Positions 52,333 to 62,784 of a DNA stretch of 64,000 nt are shown here, piece after piece (position 1 is the stretch's first letter; the number at the start of each line of letters is the position of its first letter). A program made the position numbers and the translations under genes. This DNA comes from Pseudomonadota bacterium (GTDB lineage Bacteria; Pseudomonadota; Alphaproteobacteria; Rhizobiales; Hyphomicrobiaceae): contig JAEZAW010000239.1 in assembly GCA_023430315.1 (NCBI GenBank), forward strand, positions 5,592-69,591, read 5' to 3'. The notes beneath the pieces were generated by a model that was not told the origin of the DNA, made no database searches, and saw nothing but the letters and a program-made list of their open reading frames with translations.

Positions 52333-53769
52333 ATGAAAACAGTGAGCTTAGATCAGTTGACGGCTGGCGCGAGGCGCGCTGGCTCGATCATTAACGAGGG
52401 CAGGAATTGTGGCGGTTGCCACCTTGCAAAACGCGCAGCTGTCCTCGTCGATGGTGAAGCGTATTTCACGCGACTGTCCCAGTGCCTAGCCAAGGCCCAG
52501 CAATCCATCTTCATCGTGGCATGGGATTTCGACGCCGCTATTCGCCTAGTGCCAACCGAGAGCGATCAGACGGTTGGTACCCTGCTGCGGTCTCTCGTGG
52601 ATAGCCGGCCAGACCTTCATGTGCGGGTCCTGGTATGGAGCGAGGCCACGATCCATGCCCCGGGGGCGACCCTGCCGCTCCTCCTTGGCGACGATTGGAG
52701 CGATCATCCCCGCATCCGGGTCGAACTCGACAAACGTCATCCCTTATATGCGGCTCATCACCAGAAGATCGTAAGCATCGACGACCAGATCGCGTTTGTC
52801 GGCGGTATGGACTTGACGGTCGATCGATGGGACACGCCGGAACATGCGAACGATTGCGCCTATCGCGTGAAACCCGATGGGACGCCCTACAAGCCCGTCC
52901 ACGACGTCCAGATGATTGTAGAGGGCGAAGCTGCAGGAGCTCTCGCTGCCATCGCCCGCCAACGTTGGAAAGCGGTGACAGGCGAGGACGTTGCGTCAGG
53001 TTTCATCGATAGTGCTCTCTGGCCTGACGGCCTCCAGGCCCAGTTCACGAACGTGTCCATTGCAGTCTCAACGATTTTTCCGCGCTGGCGCGGCCAGGTT
53101 GGCTGCAGCCAATCTTTCCAAATGACTGTCGACGCGATAGCGGCCGCGCGGAACTCAATCTACCTGGAAGCACAGTATTTCACTTCGCGCCGCATTGGGC
53201 GAGTGATCGCGCAGTCTCTGGCGAAGCCAGAAGGTCCAGAAATTCTTGTCGTCGTCGGGCTGAACTCGCACGGCTTCATCGAGCACTACGTTATGGGGCG
53301 CAATCGCGATCGATTGGCACGTAGGCTCAAGAACCGAGACCCTTACGGTCGTTTCCGGATCTATTATCCGAAGTTGCCGTCCGGAAAGGACCTCACGCTT
53401 CACTCAAAAATCATGGTGATCGACGATACATTCCTGCGGGTTGGCTCCTCCAATCTCAATAATCGATCGGAGGGTCTCGACACCGAGTGTGACGTTTCAG
53501 TCGAAGCGATCAACGATGAGACATCTGCCATGATCGCCAACGTGCGTGACACGCTCCTTGCGGAACACCTCGGCGTGGATGCAAGCAGGGTGAGGCGGGT
53601 AGTTAGTGACGAGCGCTCTCTGTTCAGAGCCGTCGACCGGCTCAATGTGAATGCCCGTCGTCTTGAAACTATTCCCGGACTTAGCGAGAAGGGCCCGATA
53701 TCGCCGGTAGTCGGCACGTGGCTATTGGACCCGGCCCGCCCCTTTCTATCCCGCTTCCGATTCGGATGA
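52333..53769 (+). CDS. Phospholipase D / cardiolipin synthase-like protein
   Basis: Two HKD motifs: HQKIVSID and HSKIMVID...GSSNLNNRS. Confidence 0.92.
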   Translation: MKTVSLDQLTAGARRAGSIINEGRNCGGCHLAKRAAVLVDGEAYFTRLSQCLAKAQQSIFIVAWDFDAAIRLVPTESDQTVGTLLRSLVDSRPDLHVRVLVWSEATIHAPGATLPLLLGDDWSDHPRIRVELDKRHPLYAAHHQKIVSIDDQIAFVGGMDLTVDRWDTPEHANDCAYRVKPDGTPYKPVHDVQMIVEGEAAGALAAIARQRWKAVTGEDVASGFIDSALWPDGLQAQFTNVSIAVSTIFPRWRGQVGCSQSFQMTVDAIAAARNSIYLEAQYFTSRRIGRVIAQSLAKPEGPEILVVVGLNSHGFIEHYVMGRNRDRLARRLKNRDPYGRFRIYYPKLPSGKDLTLHSKIMVIDDTFLRVGSSNLNNRSEGLDTECDVSVEAINDETSAMIANVRDTLLAEHLGVDASRVRRVVSDERSLFRAVDRLNVNARRLETIPGLSEKGPISPVVGTWLLDPARPFLSRFRFG

Positions 53770-54732
53770 TCCGAGCTGACCCTTCTGGGTCGGCGAAACG
53801 CGATTGTAGGCGAATTCGGATAGAGCGAGAGACGCTAGCCCCAACGGTAACGGCAATATGTAGTAGGCCAAGCGAAAGATGATTACGCCTGCGAGCGAGC
53901 TTTCGCCGGGTAAGAGGAGCAGGACAGCAGCCTCTATAACCCCCAGCCCGCCCGGTACATGACTCGCGATAGCCAGAGCATTCGCCAGAACATAGACGGT
54001 CACGACCGCGGGATACGACACCTGCGAAACAGCACCGAGCGCCTGGTGCAAGCACGCAGCCACCAAGGCAAAATTGAGCGTCCCTATAAAGATCTGAGCT
54101 GCAGCGAGCTGCACAGTGGGTAGATCGAGCTCCCATCGAGCGAACCGTAGTGCTTTCGTGTAAGTGGCGGCTGCCGCAATATAAGCGGAGGGCACCATGA
54201 GGCAAACGGTCCCGAATAGTTGCGCCATACCCACGCTCAACCCAGTGACGCGGCTCGACAGCTGCGGCATGGTGAGAAGTGAAATCCCACCCAATGTGAT
54301 TAGACCGAGGCCGACCGTCACACCACAAAAGACAATGAGCTTGGCGACATCGACAGCGCTTACTCCCCACCGTGAGTAAAAGCGATATCGAACGGCACCA
54401 CTGCTGAGAGCGGCAAAGCCAATGTTGTGCCCCAATGACAGTGCGGTGAAGGACGCAAGCGCAACACGACGGTAGGGCAGTGGCCAATCGACGTACCTAA
54501 GAGCTAGCCAGTCGAAGGCGGTCAGGCACAAATAGCTGCCGGCAGCCATAGAGACGATCATGAGTGCTTGCGACGCTGAGATTGTCGAGACGGTCGCTGC
54601 AGCGGTAGCAAAATCAACGCGTGCGAGATTTCGTAGTACTAGTAAAGCTGCGACTGCGACAGTGATCGCAACAACAACGCCAACAATAGAACTGCGTAAC
54701 CATGTCCTCGCGGGCGCCGTAGGAGAGGGCAT
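53746..54732 (-). CDS. Lysylphosphatidylglycerol synthase TM-domain protein (YbhN-like)
   Basis: GHNIGFAALSSGAVRYRFY, HVPGGLGVIEA, FRLAYY. Confidence 0.88.
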   Translation of the reverse strand: MPSPTAPARTWLRSSIVGVVVAITVAVAALLVLRNLARVDFATAAATVSTISASQALMIVSMAAGSYLCLTAFDWLALRYVDWPLPYRRVALASFTALSLGHNIGFAALSSGAVRYRFYSRWGVSAVDVAKLIVFCGVTVGLGLITLGGISLLTMPQLSSRVTGLSVGMAQLFGTVCLMVPSAYIAAAATYTKALRFARWELDLPTVQLAAAQIFIGTLNFALVAACLHQALGAVSQVSYPAVVTVYVLANALAIASHVPGGLGVIEAAVLLLLPGESSLAGVIIFRLAYYILPLPLGLASLALSEFAYNRVSPTQKGQLGSSESEAG

Positions 54733-55799
54733 ATTATTCTATCCGAACCGATAACGGCGCATGCCGCAATCCCGACAAGCCGCAGGAAGGTGTTTGCGCC
54801 TCTCCCTGCGGAGACGATCGAGTGCACCCACCGCATTTTAACGCGCTACCGCTACAAAGGTTCAGGATCGCCGCGGGCAAGCAACAGGCAATTAAGCAAG
54901 CCTAGGGGGCGCGCTGTGCGCGCGCCATTTTACCGACAGGCGCAGGCCCCGCTCTCGCTCCCAGAGAGCGCGTTCGTGCGTGGTCTTCGCTGGACATCCT
55001 ATGATCCGCTCTACATAGCATCTGCCGCTCGCTGCCCAGCTTGTCAAAGATAGGCTGGGATTCTTGGGCCATAGTCATACACGCGCTCCCGCCTCCCATT
55101 CGGGTGAGCGATAACACAGCCGTACGATGCGGGGCCCTCACGGTCTAATTTCTTGAGCCGAACAGACGCCGCCGCATCCAAGCCACCGAAAGGAAGGCGC
55201 TGCACGAGATCGCGTATCTCACAGCACAAAGCCTCCTCCCGTTCGATGCTGGCGAGCTCTTGCATGGTTCGATTGGCCAGAAGGATCTCGGCCTTGCGCG
55301 CCCGTGCGTCCACAAGGCTGCGTGGAGGTTCTCCTAACGCGCTGAATACATCGACGACGACGCCTATGCGTCCGCTCGCGGCGTCATCGAGTTGTTCCGT
55401 GATCCGCCGCGGGTTGCGGCCTTGCGCACGCTCCCCTCGAGCACGTGTTGCACGCCGAGGTCGTGTCCAACGTCGCGGACATCGACCGCTTGGCCTTTCG
55501 CGCCGCTTTCACCGGCGATGAGCAGCAAGCTGAACAAGCCCGTCAGCGGGCGGAGGAGGCATGGCGCGAGCGCAGAACATTCCGCCCCAGTACAGCCCGA
55601 CGCGACCCCTGGTCGGCGAAGCTTATAATCCTCTTCTTGGGCATAATGTCCCTTATGGGTTCGGCGGTCTCGGACTATCGCTTATTCCGGGTGGCGCGCT
55701 GAACCAAATCGGATCTGAATGGTTGATATAGACAAGGTTACATCGGTCCGGGCATGCGCCTAAGAGTAGAGGTGTTCTTGAGTTTAGCCTGGTCGTCCT

Positions 55800-56230
55800 G
55801 GGTACGAGTTTGGACAGATGTCAGTAGTCGGAGATCAGGAGTTTATTGCTCTGCAGCTCAGTCACAACGCCGAAGAGAATTCTCTCCGCGTTAGCCTTGT
55901 TGTACGAGTCGACATAAAGTTGGAAGCAGCGGCCCCAGCCGCTCACGTCCTTACCTGTGTCACGCAGCGCGTCGATCACTTGTTTCCGGGCAATGACCCA
56001 AGCGATCTTGGCTATACTGGTTTTCGGGGATTCACGGTATGCGATCCAGGCGGACTGCTGCCGCTTGTTGGAGGCGAGGGCCTGGAAATCATCATCGAAG
56101 GCCAAACGGAAAGTTGCGGGTCGATACGGAGGATACTTAGTGACAAAGTAGGTGGCGAAGAGGATGAATGAACGCCAGCAGACGTCATCACGTCTTCTTT
56201 AATCAGACGTCGCCACGCTAGGGCAGAACG
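55800..56230 (-). pseudogene. Phage terminase large subunit N-terminal ATPase remnant (copy 2)
   Basis: RSFILFATYF..AWIAYRESPKTSIAK..LYVDSYNKANAERILFGVVTELQSNKLLISDY*HL. Confidence 0.6.
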
Positions 56231-56892
56231 CAATTAGAGGTGGGAAGAGGATTGCTGTTTAGCGCGTACATTGACCGCGTCGAGCAAATCCGAACAGGCC
56301 GCATCTTTTTTTTCCCTTCTCGGCTCATGCTGGCTGCGGTCACCTCATGTCAGCATGCCGCTCGACGAAATCTTTTCGTAGGCGTTACCAACCTCCGCTT
56401 CGAAGAAGGTAGCGAAGCGCCGTGGCGGGCGAAGAAGGTTCTGTTGGCCGTGGGATACTGTGCGTGCGAAATCGCTCCCAGCTTCACTAGCGAGAGCTCA
56501 CGGCTTATAGGCGAGCCAAAGTTCAAGGTAAACAGTTAGCGTCAGTTTGCAGGAAGGACTTTTCTTCACCCCCTGACTGTTGGCATTATCGATTCCCGCT
56601 ATCGCCGCGAAAATGCCGACGTTCGTACAGAAGCAGCTTGTCTGGGTATGTTTTCGTACCCTCTTGGCGGCGCTCTACTCGAGCCGCTCGGCTTAAAGAA
56701 CGCGTCGCGCTGAACCGAGCCACTCCCATCCCGCCGGCTCGGTTTATCGCAGAGCATCGATCGGCAATGTCGACGCGGGCCTGAAAAACAACCCGCAAGC
56801 AGAGGCATGGCAACTATTTCGGGCATGCGCACTTTACCCAAAAGGCACGTTCTTGCCACCTGCGGGAAGAAATGGGTGAATACTGTCGCGCG

Positions 56893-58017
56893 ATGCGAAC
56901 CGAGCTTGAGGCTTCATATTCGTCGCGGAACGAAATTGGGCTGGAATTCACCGGCGCAGCTGCCGTGCCTGGTTTTTGCGAGGCTGCCGCGCGCGTACCT
57001 CCACCCGGATTTGGAATGTCCTCCGCCGTTGTAAGGACCGATAGCGGGGCCGTGTTAGCAACAAGCCTCGTATTTCGCACCAACTACCGCCTGGACACGT
57101 CTCTGCCCGCGGGCCTCCGCCGGCCTGTTGCTTTACTCGCTCGGCTAGTTCCGCGCATGGTGGAGGTGCCCGTCCTGGCACTGGGCTCGCCAGTGCTTGA
57201 TCGATGTCCACTAGGCTTACCAGCAACGGCTTCACCATCCGAGCGCGCGCAGATCCTGTCCAGTCTCCTGCAGGGTCTAGAAGCCGAAGCTCAGGCAAGT
57301 GGCTCGGATTTGATTGCGGTCAAAGACGTGGGTGCGCGCGAAGCGAGCTGGGCAGATCCCGTTTTGCGGGAGCGCCGCTACGCAAGAATGGCGTCTCTGC
57401 CCATTGCCGTACTCGATTTGCCCTATACGAATTTCGATCAATACCTCCATAGCTTGCCGACGACCGTGCGCAGCGATCTGCGGCGTAAAATGCGACAGTC
57501 AGCGCATTCGGTCCACTTTACAAAATGCTGCAAAGCCTCGAACCTGCCAGATGAAATTGCAGAGCTCTATAATAGTACACGGGCGAATGGACAGGCCGAG
57601 TACGGCCATTTTGATGCGCTCGCGCCGCGCTACGTTCACGAGATCATCGAGGCGGTAAAGGGCACCGAGGTTCTCCTCGGTTGGGTCGGTGATCAATTAG
57701 TAAGTTTTGCCCTCATCCTCGTTACATCTGAGGCGGCCTTTGCGCATCAGATTGGCATGCGCTATCCAATCGCCCGGCAGAAAAATCTATACTTTCTGAA
57801 TTGGATAGCGGCTGTTCGCTACTGCATCGAACGGAGGATTTCACGGCTCGAGTTTGGTCAGACATGCTATCAGACTAAAATTCGACTCGGGTGCCGTCTT
57901 GAGCCGTCCCTGGTTTACGTCCGGCATCGCGTTCCTCCATTTAATGCTGCCCTGAGGCTCTGTGCACCTCGATTTGGGTTTGATCGTATGGAAGCAAGCC
58001 TTGGACCACATTATTAA
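56893..58017 (+). CDS. GNAT/FemAB-like acyltransferase
   Basis: LDLPYTNFDQYLHSL...RSDLRRK, FGQTCYQTKIRLG; start uncertain. Confidence 0.8.
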   Translation: MRTELEASYSSRNEIGLEFTGAAAVPGFCEAAARVPPPGFGMSSAVVRTDSGAVLATSLVFRTNYRLDTSLPAGLRRPVALLARLVPRMVEVPVLALGSPVLDRCPLGLPATASPSERAQILSSLLQGLEAEAQASGSDLIAVKDVGAREASWADPVLRERRYARMASLPIAVLDLPYTNFDQYLHSLPTTVRSDLRRKMRQSAHSVHFTKCCKASNLPDEIAELYNSTRANGQAEYGHFDALAPRYVHEIIEAVKGTEVLLGWVGDQLVSFALILVTSEAAFAHQIGMRYPIARQKNLYFLNWIAAVRYCIERRISRLEFGQTCYQTKIRLGCRLEPSLVYVRHRVPPFNAALRLCAPRFGFDRMEASLGPHY

Positions 58018-58265
58018 TCCCATCGCCCCTCAGGAGGGGGGCATGACGGGTCAATAACGGTAGTCGCGAAGGCATGTCCGGCGTCATGCCTCCTTGAGGA
58101 TCCAGCCGAGGAACTTGTCGATGCCGTGTCAAACTTGCCATAGGACGCGATCCAAGCGTACGGTGGACCGCCTTCGCGAACACAAGGAGCGGACGACGCA
58201 AAGGCACTTGTGTGGTCAGCACGTAAAGGCCGCTTCCGCTACCTCAAAGCCTGGGACGCGGAGGG

Positions 58266-58745
58266 TCACGTTTTGGTAGCGGCCAACTTCAGCGTGAGCG
58301 TCGTGATCTCGCCCGGCCCTGCCAATTGTTCGTTCCGACCTGCCGGCTCCAACCGGATTGAGCGATACGAACCGCCGATCAGAACCGCGGGCCCATCCCT
58401 CCCAGGCTCGGCCTCGAACGTCCCCTTGAGTTGCGGCAATTTGCTGTTGTCAGTCGCGACTACGCTCCAAACAAAGACGTACTTGGCAGCTGGAAATGCA
58501 CCTGCCTTCGTTTTCGCATTTCCCTCATAGTCGCTTGTGACGCCAGCAACAGACTTGAAATTGCATGATAGCTCGACCGCGGCGCTCGGCTGGTTCGGCA
58601 CGTCCGCGACAGTGCACGTTAGCGTACCAGAATTGGTAGTTTGTGCTTGGCCGAAGCTTGGGACGCTGATCAACGCACTGCAAATGACGGCACGAACCAA
58701 CGCGCTAATAAGGCCGACAAGCGAGAGCAACGAGCGTTGGGCCAT
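58266..58745 (-). CDS. DUF992 domain secreted protein
   Basis: Signal peptide, GTLTC...LSCNF, VWSV, LIGG...IRLEP. Confidence 0.7.
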   Translation of the reverse strand: MAQRSLLSLVGLISALVRAVICSALISVPSFGQAQTTNSGTLTCTVADVPNQPSAAVELSCNFKSVAGVTSDYEGNAKTKAGAFPAAKYVFVWSVVATDNSKLPQLKGTFEAEPGRDGPAVLIGGSYRSIRLEPAGRNEQLAGPGEITTLTLKLAATKT

Positions 58746-58778
58746 GCTTGGTCCCCTAAGCGATCTCGATGCCCAGAA

Positions 58779-58804
58779 AACGCAAATCATACCGTCTCTG
58801 TTCC
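58779..58804 (-). promoter_or_regulatory. EcfG-type GSR promoter
   Basis: GGAAC-N17-CGTT. Confidence 0.7.
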
Positions 58805-58942
58805 GGTTGAGGCGTAGTCAGTTCGTCAGCCGAAAACATCCCAAAGACTTTGCCGAGGGGAGGTTGAAAGCCGATTCGCGAGCAAGGTAAAGGAAAACGC
58901 CGCCCACATTTGCACGTGAGCGGCGCCGAGAGAGAGCCGTGA

Positions 58943-59176
58943 CTACTTTGTTGTCGGTGTTGGCGGCGCTGCTGGCGAAGTGATTGGGGTCTGCGGGACG
59001 GTCGTCTCATTCACGGTCCGCGTGTTCCAGCGATCTCCAAAAACCATGTAGAGTACCGCGAGGACTGCTATAGCGCCGATGATGTAAGGCATGTAACTCG
59101 TTTTCCGAGGATCGTAGCGTCCCATCGAGCCTGGCGAGGTTCCCGTACGGTGCATGTCAGGGTCATTGACGGCCAT
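58943..59176 (-). CDS. Small single-pass membrane protein with Pro/Thr tail
   Basis: AGGAGG RBS; YIIGAIAVLAVLYMVF. Confidence 0.75.
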   Translation of the reverse strand: MAVNDPDMHRTGTSPGSMGRYDPRKTSYMPYIIGAIAVLAVLYMVFGDRWNTRTVNETTVPQTPITSPAAPPTPTTK

Positions 59177-59206
59177 GTGTGCCTCCTAAATTCGTCTCTA
59201 GGAGGA

Positions 59207-59231
59207 AACGCGCGTTGCGCGCAATCGTTCC
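59207..59231 (-). promoter_or_regulatory. EcfG-type GSR promoter
   Basis: GGAAC-N16-CGTT. Confidence 0.75.
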
Positions 59232-59689
59232 GGATCACAACTTCGCTTAGAAGCACAGTGCCTGGACGTCATAGATGCTTCGCACGAAGGGATACTCGCC
59301 GTGGCTGGAAGTGCGCGAGCAAAGTCTTTATGGACATCCGAGAGCATTCCTCAACGCACTGAAAGATGTCCGGCGCACCAGACGTGCCGACGCGATATAA
59401 CCCCCACGCTCGGTCTCTGTTTTTTGCGCCAGAAAATGCATTCGTTGAGCCGGAGGTTGTCGAAGATCGCGGCCTGTATGTCGGCTCTTGCATCGAACTA
59501 TTGTTACAGCGGGAATAAAGCCGCGCCGGGTGGGATAGACGGGGCGTCGTCTCTCCTCAAGCCGAGAAGTCGGACTCGGCTCTCGAACAGAAAACCGGAT
59601 CCGAAGCCGCCGGGTAGGTCGGCTTCGCATCCGAGTGGAAGCGGAGATGACGGGACGAGCTTTCCGCCGAGTCAGCCGCTGGAGGACGG

Positions 59690-59905
59690 CTAATTGCGTT
59701 CCTTGCAGACGATAGCGATCTGCTTCGTCGCTTCCTCACGCGTCACGTACGCGCGATCGCCGACAATAGTTACGGTCTTCTCGGTCGGACGCTTCTCCAC
59801 GACCTTGCACTTCTTGTCAGGACCGCGAACGACGTAGTACTCCGCTGCCGTGGCAGCGGTCGCGCTGCCGAGCAGGATGGTGGCAGTTAGGACATACTTG
59901 ATCAT
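59690..59905 (-). CDS. Small secreted two-Cys protein
   Basis: Signal peptide; EYYVV..KKCKVVEKRP..TREEA..VC. Confidence 0.75.
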   Translation of the reverse strand: MIKYVLTATILLGSATAATAAEYYVVRGPDKKCKVVEKRPTEKTVTIVGDRAYVTREEATKQIAIVCKERN

Positions 59906-59949
59906 CGGGAGTTTCCTTTTCCTAGCCGACTTCTTGAAAGTCCGCCGAG

Positions 59950-59975
59950 AACTCGTGTCGAATGTCGTTCGTTCC
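59950..59975 (-). promoter_or_regulatory. EcfG-type GSR promoter
   Basis: GGAAC-N17-AGTT. Confidence 0.6.
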
Positions 59976-60211
59976 ATTTCCCGCTCGGCACTCGCTCAAT
60001 TGGTTATTGATCACCTGACGCCGGTGGCCGGGCGTCACCATCTCCGCTCAGTTCCTGGTGGTGGACGAGTTGCTAGTCTGCGCTCTTGGCGACTTCGCTG
60101 AACCACCGGAGGCGCCTCGGGGTTTATGTGATCGAGCGCAGTTGGTCACCAACGCGTTGTTGTTGGCCTCGCGCGCCGGTACCCGCCGCCTGCGATGCGA
60201 GTGGCTACTGG

Positions 60212-60304
60212 TCAGTACCCATTGGCGTACATCTGAAGCGCGACGCCGATAAGGACGATGTGTGCTGTGATCATCACCAGGATCGGTACCAGAAAATCAC
60301 GCAT
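60212..60304 (-). CDS. 30-aa hydrophobic small protein
   Basis: GAGG RBS; MRDFLVPILVMITAHIVLIGVALQMYANGY; below ORF-track cutoff. Confidence 0.5.
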   Translation of the reverse strand: MRDFLVPILVMITAHIVLIGVALQMYANGY

Positions 60305-60311
60305 GGCTGCC

Positions 60312-60566
60312 TCACTTCGTCCGAGGCTGGGGATCGGGCGTGACCGGGACCCTCGGTACGGCACGATCCCGCGCCGGTACGTTTGAACTCGTGCTGATCG
60401 AAGGAGCGTTCGGGGTTCGATCGACGAACGCGATGACCACGAGCGCTGCTATGGCGATGAACGCAAAGGCGGCGACAATCCACCCCAGAGTGGAGTTTAT
60501 CTTGCGGTAATAACGTTCCTCGGTCCGGCTCCGATACTCTGTCGGGCGCTCGTACTCGGTAGCCAT
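60312..60566 (-). CDS. Small single-pass membrane protein with Pro-rich tail
   Basis: GAGGAG RBS; LGWIVAAFAFIAIAALVVIAFV. Confidence 0.75.
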   Translation of the reverse strand: MATEYERPTEYRSRTEERYYRKINSTLGWIVAAFAFIAIAALVVIAFVDRTPNAPSISTSSNVPARDRAVPRVPVTPDPQPRTK

Positions 60567-60608
60567 TTCCAGCTCCTCTTTTTTGGTGACGGATAGAGCT
60601 AGCTCACA

Positions 60609-60634
60609 AACGCATACGAGGAGCGAAGCGTTCC
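60609..60634 (-). promoter_or_regulatory. EcfG-type GSR promoter
   Basis: GGAAC-N17-CGTT. Confidence 0.75.
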
Positions 60635-60975
60635 TAACTCTACCCAAAGCGTATGTTTTGCCGAAGCCGAAAATCGCCTCTACAGAACGGAAAACGCGAC
60701 GGATGGGGTCTTTCTGTTGCGCTCCGGCCGGAGAGACCCAAAAGGCGGCGGGGGCGGCGGTTCGACATCGCCCCGCTGCGGAACGCCGGCGACCTTGAGA
60801 GCTATTGCGAGTGCGTAATCCATAGATCGAAAGATTGGTGAGCGCGTCAAAGGCGGTCAACGCCGGTAACTCCGGTTACCCCGCGGGCCCGGGCTGCACT
60901 CGCTCCGCTCAATAACAAATGATACCCGCAGTCGCTCTCTTCGATAACCCTGTGGACGCTGGCCCTGTGGACGGT

Positions 60976-61000
60976 GGAACGGAGTGCGTAACCAGCCATT
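60976..61000 (+). promoter_or_regulatory. EcfG-type promoter variant
   Basis: GGAAC-N16-CATT. Confidence 0.55.
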
Positions 61001-61035
61001 AACAATGAAGGGCTCAGCGCTAAGTGTGCACGCGT

Positions 61036-61284
61036 ATGCCGCTCATTGATGAAATCAAGAATAGCCTGCTGTTCATCGCGCAGATGCCCGAGGAGGAGCA
61101 GCGCGATATCGCTGAAAGCCTATCAATTCGCGTCGTCGCGTTTGACTACGCCAGCACGATGACGCCGGAACTGATCACTGAGCTCACGATCCGCGCCTTC
61201 GAGAATCTCAGTCGCACGCTAAACCAGCTGAGGCAGCCATCCGTTCCGCGCCAGCCTTCAAAGCCCGGAGGGCGGCAACGATAG
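61036..61284 (+). CDS. Small hypothetical helical protein
   Basis: MPLIDEIKNSLLFIAQMPEEEQRDIAESL; promoter upstream. Confidence 0.5.
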   Translation: MPLIDEIKNSLLFIAQMPEEEQRDIAESLSIRVVAFDYASTMTPELITELTIRAFENLSRTLNQLRQPSVPRQPSKPGGRQR

Positions 61285-62197
61285 TGCGTGCTTGCGAGCG
61301 CGGCCGGCCTTGCGGGGCGCCCGTAGTACTAGGCATCCGCACAGCCACAATTGCCTGCTGGCACGAGTATGGTGTCCTCGTCCGAGCAATCCCGCCGATA
61401 ATCAGCGCCTTTGCGCGCTGCAATTAGTGCGCGGTTCGCCCACTCATGCTTCGGAGGCGACGAAGCCCCGCCTCATTGCGCCGCTCTGCCCTTCATCCAG
61501 TAACAGTGCGACAAAATACTCTGTCGATGATACGACGAGGCGCGTCGTATTACAGGCACCGGCCCGGGTTGAAGCCAGCATGGCCGATCTGCTCCGGCCG
61601 TCGCCGCGGCCACGAACCGCATTTGCTCTTGGCCGAAGGCATTCGCAGCTTTTCGCGTTCCCCCGACGATTTGGGCGCTTGGAACTGGTTGCTCGGCGCG
61701 AACGCAATTCTGGCGATTGACCCCTGATGACTGCGCGGCGGCTGTCGAGCCCTTGCAACGCGCCGTAGAAGCCTACCTATGCACTGCGCCGGGTCTTTTG
61801 GCATTTTGCGGCGCACATGGGGTGAGTTGATCGTGAGTACGGCATGCTTCCGGGGCGTCAGCACGCCATACGTGCGATCGCGCTGGATGATCGCCATCCA
61901 TGGGGCCCATCGCGCTCGCTTATTGGGCAATGATGGACAAAGTCGTTCGCGCAGTTTGGAATCGTCCCTACCATTCATCAACGGGACCAACGAGGCGGCG
62001 ATCCGCTCGGCGGTCGATAGCGGGCGAACGATCGCGTTGCGGTGGTCCTGATCGAGACCGGTCAAATCCGACCATGCCACACTCGTTGATATCGCGCTCG
62101 TTCGTCGCCTCGGCCGCCAGTTGTTGTTGATGAATTGGCCAAGCTTGATACCCATTGTTTTTGCCGCGGCCTCGCACCGATTATCTCGGCCAATTCT

Positions 62198-62222
62198 GGA
62201 ACCAAACGCCTCATCTTCTGTT
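62198..62222 (+). promoter_or_regulatory. EcfG-type GSR promoter
   Basis: GGAAC-N16-TGTT. Confidence 0.65.
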
Positions 62223-62311
62223 GAAGACACAAAGAACCTTCCATCTGCAGGCCGTCCCCACGAGCAGCGAGTTGTCCGCGCGGTTGCGCCTGCGCAAAAT
62301 TGGAGTCTCTC

Positions 62312-62773
62312 ATGCACCGCCCACTTTTTGCGGCTCTGGCCTTTGTTGGGCTGATGAGCCTGTCACACGCGGCATTTGCTGCCAGCGAAGCTGACTGCCA
62401 GAAATCCTTCGAGGCCGCTGATACTAACAGCGACGGCGTCGTCACGCAGGCAGAAGGCGAACGCTACTTTGCGGCCATCCGCGCGGCAAACAAACCGCTG
62501 AACGGGGATCGCCTCGATAAGGCGGCTTTCATCGAAAACTGCAAGGCGGATGTCTTCGCCGCTACCCAAACGCAAGCTGCGGCAGGTGCGCCCCTCGAAG
62601 GCGCAAACAGCTTTACCGAAGGGCAGGCAAAGGAGCGCGCTGAATCGGCCGGCTTCACCGAGGTGTCGGGCCTTCGCAAGGATGACAAAGGCATTTGGCG
62701 CGGAACCGCGAAGCGCGGTGGATCCCAAGTCAACATCGCTATCGACTTCAAAGGCAACGTCGTCGCACAGTAG
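62312..62773 (+). CDS. Secreted EF-hand plus PepSY domain protein
   Basis: DTNSDGVVTQAE EF loop; GANSFTEGQAK...DDKGIWRG...DFKGNV. Confidence 0.85.
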   Translation: MHRPLFAALAFVGLMSLSHAAFAASEADCQKSFEAADTNSDGVVTQAEGERYFAAIRAANKPLNGDRLDKAAFIENCKADVFAATQTQAAAGAPLEGANSFTEGQAKERAESAGFTEVSGLRKDDKGIWRGTAKRGGSQVNIAIDFKGNVVAQ

Positions 62774-62784
62774 GAGAGTTACCA

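Noticed and set aside
61292..62180. 255-aa minus-strand ORF and overlapping ORFs
   Set aside because: Composition is not protein-like and no family is recognisable
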